Source: a virus (taxonomy: Duplodnaviria > Heunggongvirae > Uroviricota > Caudoviricetes). Taken from it: DNA of 64,000 nucleotides. The stretch lies in IMG/VR virus record IMGVR_UViG_3300006155_000234. One strand, 5' to 3'. Positions 39,224 to 49,045 of this stretch are shown piece by piece; positions within the stretch are counted from its first letter, which is position 1, and every line of letters begins with the position of its first letter. The translations under genes and the position numbers were made by a program. The notes under the pieces were generated by a model that was not told the DNA's origin, searched no databases, and was given only the letters and a program-made list of their open reading frames with translations.

Positions 39224-40129
39224 GTGAGGTTTATGATAGAGTGGAAAACAATCGAAAACAACCAAGATTATGAAGTATCTAATATGAGTATAGTTAGAGA
39301 AAAATCAACAGGTAAATATTTAAAACATTATACTTTATCTACATCGGGAGGTTCTAGAACAAAAGTATATTTGAGAACAGGTACTCGAAAAGGTTTTAGA
39401 TTAATAGACCTTGCTAATTTAGTTGCAGAATATTTTGTAGATAATAAAGATGGTTTAGATGTTGTTGATTTTAAAGATGGTGATTCTTCTAATTGTTTAG
39501 CATCTAACTTATATTATAGAAATAAAATTACAGATAGAGGTTACTTTCATAAAGTATATGAAAGTAAAACAGACGAAGAATATATAAAGGAAGCAATAGC
39601 AGATTATAGAAAAAAGTATCCTAATGATTATTTTATGGAAGATAAAGATTTGGAAATTGAATATCAAATGAGAATGTTAGATAATAGAAATAAAGGTTTT
39701 GCAAGAACAATGCACTTGTTTGACCATGCAAAAATAATACATAATCAAAATTCAAGTAAAATAGAAGAATATATAGATGATACATATAGTAATACTACTG
39801 TAGATATAATAAATGATGAATTTATACTTAATGAGATAGATAAAATAGAAAATAATTCTAGAATAGTACAAAAGTTAATATATCATTTGAATAATACACT
39901 TACAACAAGAGAATCTTTTGTATTAAAGTACAGGTATGGTCTATTACCAGATATATATTATAAAGATATACCAAAAATAAAAGATGGAACAAGTTTAAAT
40001 AATGCACCATATACATTAGAAGATACAGGAAGGCAACTAGGTGTAACAAAAGAAAGAATAAGACAAATAGAAGCAAGGGCATTTAGGAAATTAAGACACC
40101 CATCAAGATTAGGAGGTAGCTATGAGTAA
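39224..40129 (+). CDS. chimeric protein: N-terminal NUMOD4/HNH_3-like homing-endonuclease domain (catalytic His substituted) + C-terminal sigma-70 region-4 HTH
   Basis: N-terminal [30 protein letters not shown]...[19 protein letters not shown]; C-terminal [29 protein letters not shown] (region 4.2 signature). Confidence 0.6.
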   Translation: MRFMIEWKTIENNQDYEVSNMSIVREKSTGKYLKHYTLSTSGGSRTKVYLRTGTRKGFRLIDLANLVAEYFVDNKDGLDVVDFKDGDSSNCLASNLYYRNKITDRGYFHKVYESKTDEEYIKEAIADYRKKYPNDYFMEDKDLEIEYQMRMLDNRNKGFARTMHLFDHAKIIHNQNSSKIEEYIDDTYSNTTVDIINDEFILNEIDKIENNSRIVQKLIYHLNNTLTTRESFVLKYRYGLLPDIYYKDIPKIKDGTSLNNAPYTLEDTGRQLGVTKERIRQIEARAFRKLRHPSRLGGSYE

Positions 40130-40304
40130 TTTTATATGTAATAAGTGCAGAACTTGTAGTAAATTTCCATTTTGTAATGTAACTGAAAGTAAGGATGGAA
40201 ATTGTGGAGATTATATACAAAGAGATAGATATAAGTTTATTAAGAATAGATTGAAAAGCATAGATTATGATACATATTTAAAGGAGTTGTGTAGATATGA
40301 GTAA
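40122..40304 (+). CDS. small Cys-rich protein
   Basis: CNKCRTC...CNV...NCGD; RBS GGAGG. Confidence 0.4.
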   Translation: MSNFICNKCRTCSKFPFCNVTESKDGNCGDYIQRDRYKFIKNRLKSIDYDTYLKELCRYE

Positions 40305-41202
40305 TAAAGCACAATTTAATAAAAATTTAAAAATAGATTATAATTTACCTATAATAAGTATTCCAAGTAATAAGACAATACCATTTTTAAAGTGGTATTG
40401 TGAAGATATTTCAAATACTAGATTAAGTGATATTCCAAAAGTATTTGAAGAAGGATATATAACTATTTCTAATATACCTTGTGAATTTATAAATAATTGT
40501 AAAAGTGAATTTATAAAGAAGATGGCTAAGGAATGCAAAACAACATATAGAGTAATTGAAGAAGAATTAGAACGTGATGTATATTCAGTTATGTTAAATG
40601 ATATAGTTATAAGTTACAAGTTTATAGATAATCTTCCAAACATAACTATATTTTCAAGTATAACAGAACAGCAAATAATAAATATTCCATTGCAGAAATA
40701 TAGAGATGTTGATTATAAGTTGTTATCATCTTTGGGAGATATTAGTGGGATTGGCAATACAATTATTATAGAAAATGCTTCATGTGCAATAGATGGAGAA
40801 CATGAGTTCCAAAATTCAATGATGATGATATATACAGGTTTATTTATTAGTGCAATGTGGTATATGACTTTATATAAAAATAAATATAGATATGAACAAC
40901 AGTTGTCTAAAGAAGAAGTAAAAGATACTATTTTAAATAGAAAAAGACCTAAAAAAGTATCAAATACTAAGATTATTACAACAAGTTTTTATGATTTATC
41001 TAAAGCACCTCAATCAAAAGTACAAACTATGATTAAAAGAAGGGAAGGATTTGAATATTCTCATCAATTTGATGTTAAAGGGCATTATAGACATTACAAA
41101 GATGGTAAAATTGTATTTATTGAAAGTTATGTAAAGGCAAAGGATAAGCCAAAATTACAAAGGAATATAATATTAAATCCAGAAGAAAAAGGAGGAAAAT
41201 AA
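40297..41202 (+). CDS. hypothetical protein
   Basis: ORF overlapping the upstream stop. Confidence 0.5.
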   Translation: MSNKAQFNKNLKIDYNLPIISIPSNKTIPFLKWYCEDISNTRLSDIPKVFEEGYITISNIPCEFINNCKSEFIKKMAKECKTTYRVIEEELERDVYSVMLNDIVISYKFIDNLPNITIFSSITEQQIINIPLQKYRDVDYKLLSSLGDISGIGNTIIIENASCAIDGEHEFQNSMMMIYTGLFISAMWYMTLYKNKYRYEQQLSKEEVKDTILNRKRPKKVSNTKIITTSFYDLSKAPQSKVQTMIKRREGFEYSHQFDVKGHYRHYKDGKIVFIESYVKAKDKPKLQRNIILNPEEKGGK

Positions 41203-41203
41203 G

Positions 41204-41374
41204 ATGAATAGAGTATTAGGAATAATTATATGTATTATAATATTTATAATAGGAAATGGAATATTATATAAATATAAAGACGATGTTGCTGCAGGTATGG
41301 AAGATTTTGCTGGAATATCTGCAATAGTGATAAGTATTATAGGAATTTTAGCATGTATAGGAGGCAGTTTTTAA
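41204..41374 (+). CDS. small two-TM membrane protein (56 aa)
   Basis: ATG behind AAGGAGGAAAA; strongly hydrophobic. Confidence 0.4.
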   Translation: MNRVLGIIICIIIFIIGNGILYKYKDDVAAGMEDFAGISAIVISIIGILACIGGSF

Positions 41375-41985
41375 TGATAAAGTTTAAATTAGAGGGTAAA
41401 TGTTATAATGTAAAAGATATTGAAATAAATTCAGGGGTAACTGTTTTAACAGGACCTAATGGTAGTGGAAAGACTTATGCTTGTACCCAAATTTGTGATT
41501 ATTTAGATGAGCAGAAAAAGAAATATATAAATGTAAATGTGTATGAAGAAGGAAAACATAAAGCAGATAGTTTTACATTATCAGGTGATATGCAGTCATT
41601 AGCAAAACATATAGTAAGTTCTGAGGGGCAAAGAGTATTTGATACACTTGTAGATATAAATGTTCCAAAGATAGGTGATTATGTAAGACAATTAGTTGAT
41701 GGTAATATTAAAGAAGGATATATTTTAATTGATGGTTGTGATAGTGGTGTTAGTATAGATTTAATGCTTACTTATAGGTCATTATTCAGGTTGATATTAG
41801 ATGATTGTAAAGAAAAAAATATTGATATACATATTATAATAACTTCTAATAGTTATGAATTAGTATATGATTATGATTGTATTTGGATACCAACGATGGG
41901 ACATTATAAACGAGGTGGAGAAGCAGATGGTTACAATTTGTGGAGAAAGATGTATGAAGATGTTTATAAGGATAGAAATAAATAA
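41374..41985 (+). CDS. small P-loop ATPase (AAA_15/ABC-like N-terminal)
   Basis: VLTGPNGSGKTYACTQI Walker A behind a beta-strand lead; YILIDGCDSG Walker-B-like. Start moved to ATG 41374. Confidence 0.5.
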   Translation: MIKFKLEGKCYNVKDIEINSGVTVLTGPNGSGKTYACTQICDYLDEQKKKYINVNVYEEGKHKADSFTLSGDMQSLAKHIVSSEGQRVFDTLVDINVPKIGDYVRQLVDGNIKEGYILIDGCDSGVSIDLMLTYRSLFRLILDDCKEKNIDIHIIITSNSYELVYDYDCIWIPTMGHYKRGGEADGYNLWRKMYEDVYKDRNK

Positions 41986-41990
41986 AGGTG

Positions 41991-42218
41991 ATGATAATGA
42001 AGATACCAAAAAGAATACTAGATTTGATTACAGAGATAGAGGAAATAGGAAGTAAATTAACATTATTGGAAAGTGAGTTATATTCATGGTTAGATAATAG
42101 TAATATAGATACAGAGTTATTTGATTCTAATAAAGAAATATGTATTGACCATGATTTAGATGCACTATTTCATAGTAATAATGGAACTGATTTAATAGAA
42201 GATTTAAAAAAGTTATAA
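41991..42218 (+). CDS. hypothetical protein
   Basis: ORF, RBS AAAGGTG. Confidence 0.45.
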   Translation: MIMKIPKRILDLITEIEEIGSKLTLLESELYSWLDNSNIDTELFDSNKEICIDHDLDALFHSNNGTDLIEDLKKL

Positions 42219-42224
42219 AAATAC

Positions 42225-42253
42225 TTGACATATTTTAAAACTTATTATATAAT
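42225..42253 (+). promoter_or_regulatory. sigma-A-type promoter TTGACA-17-TATAAT (P9)
   Basis: atacTTGACAtattttaaaacttattaTATAAT. Confidence 0.6.
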
Positions 42254-42281
42254 AAACAAAAACAGAGAGGTAGGAAATTTT

Positions 42282-44738
42282 ATGAGAAATTTAGTGGTTT
42301 TAAGGGGATGCCCAGGTTCAGGTAAATCAACCTGGATAAAAGAAAATGGTTTAGAGCAATATACAATAAGCCCAGATAATATAAGAATGATGGCATCTGC
42401 ACCAATATTGACAGAAAATGGAACAGATGCAACTATATCACAAGAAAATGAATCTTATATATGGTCATTATTATATGAATTATTAGAGAAAAGAATGAAA
42501 AATGGAGATTTTACTATAATAGATGCAACACATAGCCGTTCAACAGATTTTAGTAGATATAATTCATTATGTGAATCATATAGATATAGAAAGTATGTAG
42601 TATCATTTACAGATGTACCAAAAGAAGTATGTATAGAAAGAAATCATCAAAGAAATGCCTATAAAAGAGTTCCTGATGAAGTAATTGATAAAATGTATGC
42701 AAGATTTGAAACTCAAGAAAAGACAAGTGGTTGGGTAGATATTCCTAGAGATAAGTTTTGGGAAACATTTAGTAATAAAGAATTTGATTTTAATGAGTAT
42801 AAAAGAATACATATTATAGGAGATATTCATGGTTGTTTTAACCCATTAAAAGAATATATACTAAAACAAACATATACAGAATATCAAGAAGAAGTAAATT
42901 CTCAAAATTTACATCAATTTTTAAATGATGAAGATGCTTATATATTTGTAGGGGACTATTTAGATAGAGGACTACAAAATAAGGAAGTATTAGAATTTAT
43001 TATTAGTATATGTCAAAAAAGTAATGTACTTTTATTAGAAGGAAATCATGAAAGATTTATTTGGTATTGGGCAAATGAACTGGATAGCGAGATTAAAAGT
43101 AAAGAATTTATGAACTTTACATTACCACAAATTAAATCAATAGACCCATCAAGTATGAGAAAGTTTTATAGAAAACTAGGACAAATGGCTTATATAAACT
43201 TTAAAGGACAAACATATTTTGTATGTCATGGGGGATTGAATACTATCCCAAATAATTTACCTTTAATATCAACAAGTCAAATGATACATGGTGTTGGAGC
43301 TTTCAAATTCCCTATTGACGAATCATATACAGAAAACATGAAAAATAAATCAATAATACAAATACACGGACATAGATATATTGCACCAGAAAAACCAATG
43401 AGAGATTTACCTTTATCATTCTCATTAGAGGATGGTGTTGAATTTGGTGGAAATCTAAAAGTAGCAGAATTAACAAATAAGGGTATATTTTTCCATAGTA
43501 TAAAAAATGACTTATATAGGGATACATCTTGGGAAGAACACCAACAAATAGTAAATACACAAGAAATAAATATAGAAAATATTGTAGATAGATTAAGAAA
43601 TAATAGAAATATAAGAGAAAGTGTATTAGAAGGTGGAATATCATCATTCAACTTTACACGTAAAGCATTTGAAAAAGATAAATGGGATAAGGAAACTGTT
43701 AAAGCAAGAGGTTTATTTATAGATACTGTAAATAATAAAATAGTAGCAAGAGGTTATGAAAAGTTCTTTAATATAAACGAACAAGAATCATGTAGATTAT
43801 TTAATTTAAAGAGATTATTTGATACAGATGAAGAAGTTGTTGCTTATAAAAAATATAATGGTTTCTTGGGCATTTTAAGTTATTATAATGATAATTTACA
43901 ATTTCATAGTAAATCTTCAAATTGTGGAGAATATGCAATGTATTTTAAAAATTTATTTTATAATACATTTACAGAAGAACAAATAGACAATATTACAGTA
44001 TTTCTAAAAAATAATAATATGTCAATGACATTTGAAGTTATAGATTTAGAAAATGACCCTCATATTATAGATGAAAAAGAAAGTAGAGTTGTCTTATTAG
44101 ATATAATTCATAATAAAGTAGATTTTGAGAAGATACCTTATGATGGATTAATGCAAATTGCTAAATCGTTAAAATTAAAAGATACAGATTATAAGCAAGT
44201 ATATATTAAATTTGATACATATAGGCAATTAACTGAATTTTATGAACAACATAAAAATCAAAATGAATTAATAGACACAGATATAGAAGGCGTTGTAATT
44301 GAATGTGGAACATTTATGACAAAGCTTAAATTTAGTTATTATTCTTTTTGGAAGTCTATGAGGACTGTTTATGAAATGACTATGAATGGTAAAAATGTAG
44401 AATTAAGAAAACTATATAATGCAACTGCGAATTATTTTTATAAATTTATTAAAGATAAATATGATGATAAATGTGTTGAGTATATGAAAATATTAGATAA
44501 TATAAATAATGATTTTGTAAAATTATCTGATTTAAAACAATGTGAACTAGCAGAAGATGGTGAAAGTATAATTATGCAAAAACAAATAAAAACTAGAACA
44601 GAAACAGGTTATACTTGTGAAAATATAAAAGAAAATATTAATATTGGTAAAGAAAATATCAGTAAGATAGTTGAACTAAGGAAAAAAGATAATATTATTT
44701 CATTAAGAAATGAATATTATGCAAATGGAGGAGTATAA
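42282..44738 (+). CDS. pnkp: bacterial-type polynucleotide kinase-phosphatase (Pnkp): 5'-OH kinase + metallophosphoesterase + ligase-like adenylyltransferase
   Basis: Kinase P-loop LRGCPGSGKSTW with IIDATH. MPE motifs IIGDIHGC, FVGDYLDRG, LEGNHE, CHGG. C-terminal nucleotidyltransferase motif I KKYNGFLG, motif IV EGVVIE, and motif V lysines. Confidence 0.75.
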   Translation: MRNLVVLRGCPGSGKSTWIKENGLEQYTISPDNIRMMASAPILTENGTDATISQENESYIWSLLYELLEKRMKNGDFTIIDATHSRSTDFSRYNSLCESYRYRKYVVSFTDVPKEVCIERNHQRNAYKRVPDEVIDKMYARFETQEKTSGWVDIPRDKFWETFSNKEFDFNEYKRIHIIGDIHGCFNPLKEYILKQTYTEYQEEVNSQNLHQFLNDEDAYIFVGDYLDRGLQNKEVLEFIISICQKSNVLLLEGNHERFIWYWANELDSEIKSKEFMNFTLPQIKSIDPSSMRKFYRKLGQMAYINFKGQTYFVCHGGLNTIPNNLPLISTSQMIHGVGAFKFPIDESYTENMKNKSIIQIHGHRYIAPEKPMRDLPLSFSLEDGVEFGGNLKVAELTNKGIFFHSIKNDLYRDTSWEEHQQIVNTQEINIENIVDRLRNNRNIRESVLEGGISSFNFTRKAFEKDKWDKETVKARGLFIDTVNNKIVARGYEKFFNINEQESCRLFNLKRLFDTDEEVVAYKKYNGFLGILSYYNDNLQFHSKSSNCGEYAMYFKNLFYNTFTEEQIDNITVFLKNNNMSMTFEVIDLENDPHIIDEKESRVVLLDIIHNKVDFEKIPYDGLMQIAKSLKLKDTDYKQVYIKFDTYRQLTEFYEQHKNQNELIDTDIEGVVIECGTFMTKLKFSYYSFWKSMRTVYEMTMNGKNVELRKLYNATANYFYKFIKDKYDDKCVEYMKILDNINNDFVKLSDLKQCELAEDGESIIMQKQIKTRTETGYTCENIKENINIGKENISKIVELRKKDNIISLRNEYYANGGV

Positions 44739-44911
44739 TGTTACTAATTAGAAGAATTGGAAATAAAAATAGGTTAGCAATACCTCAGGATGTAATGGAA
44801 CAAATGAATCTAAAAGAAGGAGATGCCATTAATATTGATATACAAAATATTAATGGTAATCCTACCATTTTAATTAGAAAAGGAGTAATATATGGAGAAT
44901 ATAAGTCTTAA
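44738..44911 (+). CDS. AbrB/MazE/SpoVT-type swapped-hairpin DNA-binding protein (57 aa)
   Basis: GNKNRLAIPQDVMEQMNLKEGDAINIDI; start overlaps the pnkp stop (TAATG). Confidence 0.5.
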   Translation: MLLIRRIGNKNRLAIPQDVMEQMNLKEGDAINIDIQNINGNPTILIRKGVIYGEYKS

Positions 44912-45119
44912 AGATTATTTTATAAATTTATTGTGTAATATTATAATCATCTTATTATTACTAGCTTTTATAATAATATCAATACCTACATTTATTTTAA
45001 TTGTTATATGTCATATAATGGCTCTTATTGGTAAATTCCTGAATAATAGATATATAGATTTAGCTGATGCAATTAGTACATTTATTAATTTACTGAAAGG
45101 AGATTGTGTAGATGAGTAG
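44892..45119 (+). CDS. small membrane protein
   Basis: Two TM segments. Confidence 0.45.
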   Translation: MENISLKDYFINLLCNIIIILLLLAFIIISIPTFILIVICHIMALIGKFLNNRYIDLADAISTFINLLKGDCVDE

Positions 45120-45312
45120 TGATTGGTTAGATAGAATTGTAAAATGTCCTAATTGTAAAAATGATGTTAGGGATGGTGATAGAATATGGTTAGATGGAGA
45201 ATGTTTATGCCCAGATTGTTATCAGCATAAAAGAAATAAATATGATGACTTAAAAAGGCAAGGGTACAATGAAGCATTAAGGAATAATAAAAGATATTTG
45301 GAGGAAGACTAG
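45112..45312 (+). CDS. zinc-ribbon protein
   Basis: CPNCKN...CLCPDC. Confidence 0.45.
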   Translation: MSSDWLDRIVKCPNCKNDVRDGDRIWLDGECLCPDCYQHKRNKYDDLKRQGYNEALRNNKRYLEED

Positions 45313-45314
45313 AT

Positions 45315-45785
45315 ATGTTTTTAAGAAAGGATATAGTAAAGGTTAAAACTGGTAATGTAGTAGTACCTTTTTGTAAAGATTGTAATTCTCAAGAAATAGA
45401 AACAATACAAATTTGTAAAAAATGTGGTTCACATAATATTACTGCTGATTGGATGGATGATAGAAGTATAAAACAAGAATATGCAGAAAAGGAAGTACAT
45501 ATTTATAAATGTGATTGTTGTGGTAAAGAGTTTGATGGGTTTAAAACAGATAAATTTATTAGTTATTCAGAAGGTGAATTTATTTGTGGTAAGTATGATT
45601 ATAATGAAGATTATGATTATGAGTATCCTGAAAATTGGAATTTAGAAGATGACCTATGTAATAATTGTAAACAAAAGTTAGTTGATGAACTTAATTATGA
45701 AGTTAGCAAAATAATTAATATTAAGCATATCGATGAAACATACAAAAGAATTTTAAAAGGGGATGATTATATTGAAAGAAAATGA
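45315..45785 (+). CDS. Cys-rich hypothetical protein
   Basis: Multiple CxxC pairs. Confidence 0.5.
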   Translation: MFLRKDIVKVKTGNVVVPFCKDCNSQEIETIQICKKCGSHNITADWMDDRSIKQEYAEKEVHIYKCDCCGKEFDGFKTDKFISYSEGEFICGKYDYNEDYDYEYPENWNLEDDLCNNCKQKLVDELNYEVSKIINIKHIDETYKRILKGDDYIERK

Positions 45786-45877
45786 ACAATGTAAAACTTG
45801 CTTGAATTATGAATATTGTATTATGAGAAAAGATAAAGAATTTTGTTTAGAATATAACCCAGAGGAGGTAGATTAAT

Positions 45878-46279
45878 ATGAGTTTTGCATATCCAGGAAT
45901 AACACATTGTGCAAAATGTCATACATCATTAGATATGAATGAACATTATTATTGTAAATCATGCCAAGAAGAGGAAGATAGAGAAAGAGAAAGATTTGAG
46001 CAAGAAAAGAAAGAAAAAGAATTAAAAAATCAAATTAAAGGAGAAATGGTAGATATTATGAAAGAATTTTCAAGTGTAATGGCTGAGAGTAAATCTATAT
46101 CTACTGAAGAATCTAATCAATTTGCAACTCAAACAAATATAGAACCAAATAAACCTAAAAATACTACATATAATGATTGGTATCAAGATATAGGTTATAA
46201 AATAATATCTTTATATAATGCAGGGTATAAAAATATTAGAATAAATTTTACAGAAGAGGAAAGTGATGATAATGAATAA
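45878..46279 (+). CDS. hypothetical protein with N-terminal zinc ribbon
   Basis: CAKCH...CKSC; RBS GAGGAGG. Confidence 0.5.
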   Translation: MSFAYPGITHCAKCHTSLDMNEHYYCKSCQEEEDRERERFEQEKKEKELKNQIKGEMVDIMKEFSSVMAESKSISTEESNQFATQTNIEPNKPKNTTYNDWYQDIGYKIISLYNAGYKNIRINFTEEESDDNE

Positions 46280-46445
46280 TATTTTTAAAGTAGTTATAAT
46301 CTGTTTAATGATAATTATAATATATACATCATTGGCTGTTACAAATTCAAATCCATTCATATTATTATTTGGATTTGTAATGGGTTATATTATAGGATAT
46401 TTAATTGCAGTATATGTAAATAAGAAAGATGAGGATAAAGACTAA
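46263..46445 (+). CDS. small membrane protein
   Basis: Hydrophobic 60-aa ORF. Confidence 0.4.
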   Translation: MMIMNNIFKVVIICLMIIIIYTSLAVTNSNPFILLFGFVMGYIIGYLIAVYVNKKDEDKD

Positions 46446-46544
46446 TGAAATGGTATGAATTACTATTATTAATATTATTGTTATCTCCTGCACCAATAGG
46501 ATATATGCTAATACTTATATATGAAATAAAAAGAAGAAAGGAAG

Positions 46545-46997
46545 ATGAGAAACTTGAAAGAGAGATTATTAGACGATTTAAAGGAAGCAATGAGAAATAA
46601 GGATATAATAGTTAAGAATACAATACAAAGTGTTAGAGCTTCCGTATTACAAGAAGAAAAAGATATACAAAAAGAATTAAATGATGTTGATATTGAGAAT
46701 ATTATAATGAAAGAAAAGAAGAAAAGACAAGATGCATTAGAACAATTTAAGAAAGCAAATAGAGAAGACCTTATAATGCAAACAGAAAGAGAAATACAAG
46801 TATTAGAAGGTTATTTACCAGAACAAATATCAATAGAAGATTTAGAAATAGAAGTTGCAAAAATAATAAATCAAGTAGATGCCCATTCAATAAAAGATAT
46901 GGGTATTGTAATGAGAGCAGCAAAAGAACAATTTGGAAATCAGGTTGATGGGAAAGAGTTAAGTGAAATGGTAAAAAGAAAGTTAGGTGAATTATAA
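46545..46997 (+). CDS. GatB/YqeY-domain protein (tRNA-associated domain family)
   Basis: LKEAMRNKD...SVRASVLQ...EKKKRQDALEQFKKANREDLIMQTEREIQVLEGYLPEQISIEDLE...MGIVMRAAKEQFGNQVDGKELSEMVKRKL follows the YqeY consensus end to end. Confidence 0.7.
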   Translation: MRNLKERLLDDLKEAMRNKDIIVKNTIQSVRASVLQEEKDIQKELNDVDIENIIMKEKKKRQDALEQFKKANREDLIMQTEREIQVLEGYLPEQISIEDLEIEVAKIINQVDAHSIKDMGIVMRAAKEQFGNQVDGKELSEMVKRKLGEL

Positions 46998-47443
46998 TGA
47001 AAGTCGAATTAGATTTAAGTACAGAGCAATTAAATGAATTAGATAAGGGTTTAGCAAATTTAATTGAAACATTATCTGATGAGCAGAAAACAGAAATAGT
47101 AAAAAGTTACTTAAATGATAAAATGGATAAAGGTTTTTATAGAGAAGTTAGTGGTTGGAGTCACAATTCATATACTGAATTAACAGAGTTTGGTAAAAAA
47201 GTAATAGATGGGTTAAAAGAAAAAGTTTCTGAAAATATAACTAATGATTTATTACAGAATAAGGTACTTGTTGAAAAAATAGAAGATGTATCTAATTATG
47301 TAGAAGAACATATATCTGAAATTGTTGTAAAATCATTAGTAACTTATATATCTACAAATTTATTTTATAATAGATTTGATGTGAATAATCAAATACAAGA
47401 AACTACAAATAGATTATTGAATGAAAGAGGTATAAATAGATGA
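46997..47443 (+). CDS. hypothetical protein
   Basis: ORF overlapping the upstream stop. Confidence 0.5.
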   Translation: MKVELDLSTEQLNELDKGLANLIETLSDEQKTEIVKSYLNDKMDKGFYREVSGWSHNSYTELTEFGKKVIDGLKEKVSENITNDLLQNKVLVEKIEDVSNYVEEHISEIVVKSLVTYISTNLFYNRFDVNNQIQETTNRLLNERGINR

Positions 47444-47646
47444 TAAAAGAAACTAGATATAAACCTAAATGTTATGTTGAAAGAACACCTTATTGTGATG
47501 ATTGTGATATACCATTAAATAGAGATAGTTTTGTTTTAACAACAAATCCTATACAATTAGTTTATAAATGTCCTAAATGTAATAGAGAATATTGTTATAC
47601 AGAAAATGAGGTAGGAGGTTATTGGGAATGGCAGAACTTGACCTAA
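47440..47646 (+). CDS. zinc-ribbon protein
   Basis: CYVERTPYCDDCD...CPKCN. Confidence 0.45.
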   Translation: MIKETRYKPKCYVERTPYCDDCDIPLNRDSFVLTTNPIQLVYKCPKCNREYCYTENEVGGYWEWQNLT

Positions 47647-48545
47647 AAGATTTAGAAAAGATAATGTTGAGAGAAAGGCAAAAATATACATCAGAATATT
47701 TTAAGGAATTAGCTAAAAAGTCATATAATGATGATAGGGAATATCCAGAAAACTTTTCAAATTGGTATCCTCATATTAAAGATTTTGGTAAATTTAGTCA
47801 TGCAGAAGTTATATCAAATCAGATATTTACATTTGAAGAAACAGAAATAATGCAAGAAACAGATGATATAGATAAGGTTGATTGGAATAAAATAAATAAG
47901 ATATTAAAACCTACATTTGAAAAGATGGAAAGAAATAAATTATATAATATTAAAAATGGATGCTTTTCTAATAAGTTTGATTTTAGTACCTGTATAACTA
48001 ATGAGCAAAATTTAGCAAAACAACTATGGAATATAAACTATGCATCTTGTATGTATAGTACAGGTGGTTATACAGAATTAGTTGTTAGAGAGTTAATACC
48101 ATATAACAACCATAATACATTAACAATATATAATGGTATGCCTTTAAGAACAGAGATTAGAGTTTTCTATAATATGGAAACAAAGAAGATAGAATATATT
48201 AAAGACTATTGGGATTATTTTTATTGTGCAGATAATTTAAGTAATAAAAATGATAGAATAATATTTGATGTTTTTCATAATCAATTACACAGCAATACTA
48301 TAAAAGCAGATGTACACTTTGTTGAATATAATGATGTTGCTGATATAATATTTGATTGGATAGATACATTAGAATTTGATGATAAATTAAAAGGTATTTG
48401 GAGTATTGATTTCATGTATGTAAAAGAAACTAATGAAATCTACTTAATAGATATGGCTAGAGGTTTTCGTTCTGCATATTGGGATTTTAATAAATTATCT
48501 AAAGAAACACAAGAAAAATTAAGGGAGGAATCAAATAGTGACTAA
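47622..48545 (+). CDS. hypothetical protein (possible ATP-grasp-like fold)
   Basis: ORF; weak ATP-grasp-like C-terminal pattern (IWSIDFMYVKETNEIYLIDMA). Confidence 0.45.
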   Translation: MGMAELDLKDLEKIMLRERQKYTSEYFKELAKKSYNDDREYPENFSNWYPHIKDFGKFSHAEVISNQIFTFEETEIMQETDDIDKVDWNKINKILKPTFEKMERNKLYNIKNGCFSNKFDFSTCITNEQNLAKQLWNINYASCMYSTGGYTELVVRELIPYNNHNTLTIYNGMPLRTEIRVFYNMETKKIEYIKDYWDYFYCADNLSNKNDRIIFDVFHNQLHSNTIKADVHFVEYNDVADIIFDWIDTLEFDDKLKGIWSIDFMYVKETNEIYLIDMARGFRSAYWDFNKLSKETQEKLREESNSD

Positions 48546-48807
48546 ATATAGAATTGGTAATAAGTATAAAATAGGTGATAAATTTTATAAACTAAATAAA
48601 ACAACGAAAGAAATTGAAGAAATACAAATAAAAGATATACAATATGTATTTAGTAAAAAGATTTCTTCAAAATTAAATTATACAGAAGAAGAAATAGAAG
48701 AATTAATTGATAAAGGTGTAATAACAGATGATAAAGATGATATTAAAAATAAAGCGATAGCAGATTTAGAAAAGAGGTTTGGTATTAAATTGCAAGAAAT
48801 TAAATAG
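48538..48807 (+). CDS. hypothetical protein
   Basis: ORF. Confidence 0.45.
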   Translation: MTKYRIGNKYKIGDKFYKLNKTTKEIEEIQIKDIQYVFSKKISSKLNYTEEEIEELIDKGVITDDKDDIKNKAIADLEKRFGIKLQEIK

Positions 48808-48818
48808 GAGGTTTTATT

Positions 48819-49025
48819 ATGATTAAAATAATACATAAAATAAACCCAGATGCATTTGAAAAAGAAGTAAACTCATTTATAGAAGCAAATAATATTAATG
48901 TAATAAGTGTACAATATAGTACAGAATTACATCATTTAAGAAGTGTTAATGGATTTTCAAATGTAACGAATACAGAGTGTGTTACTGAACATTATGCAAT
49001 GATAGTTTATGATAAAATAAATTAA
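48819..49025 (+). CDS. hypothetical protein
   Basis: ORF, RBS TAGGAGG. Confidence 0.45.
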   Translation: MIKIIHKINPDAFEKEVNSFIEANNINVISVQYSTELHHLRSVNGFSNVTNTECVTEHYAMIVYDKIN

Positions 49026-49045
49026 ATGAAAGAAGGTGAATTATA

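Noticed and set aside
39019-39261. Minus-strand ORF 39019-39261.
   Set aside because: It spans tRNA-Cys and tRNA-Trp, and the GFEP peptides again derive from tRNA T arms.
41867-42055. ORF 41867-42055 (62 aa).
   Set aside because: It overlaps the 3' end of the P-loop ATPase gene in another frame and the start of the next gene, and has no RBS, so it is a chance ORF.
47622-48545. ATP-grasp enzyme call.
   Set aside because: Only a weak C-terminal resemblance; the Lys/Arg and Glu landmarks of ATP-grasp could not be placed confidently, so this is kept as a low-confidence note in the feature only.
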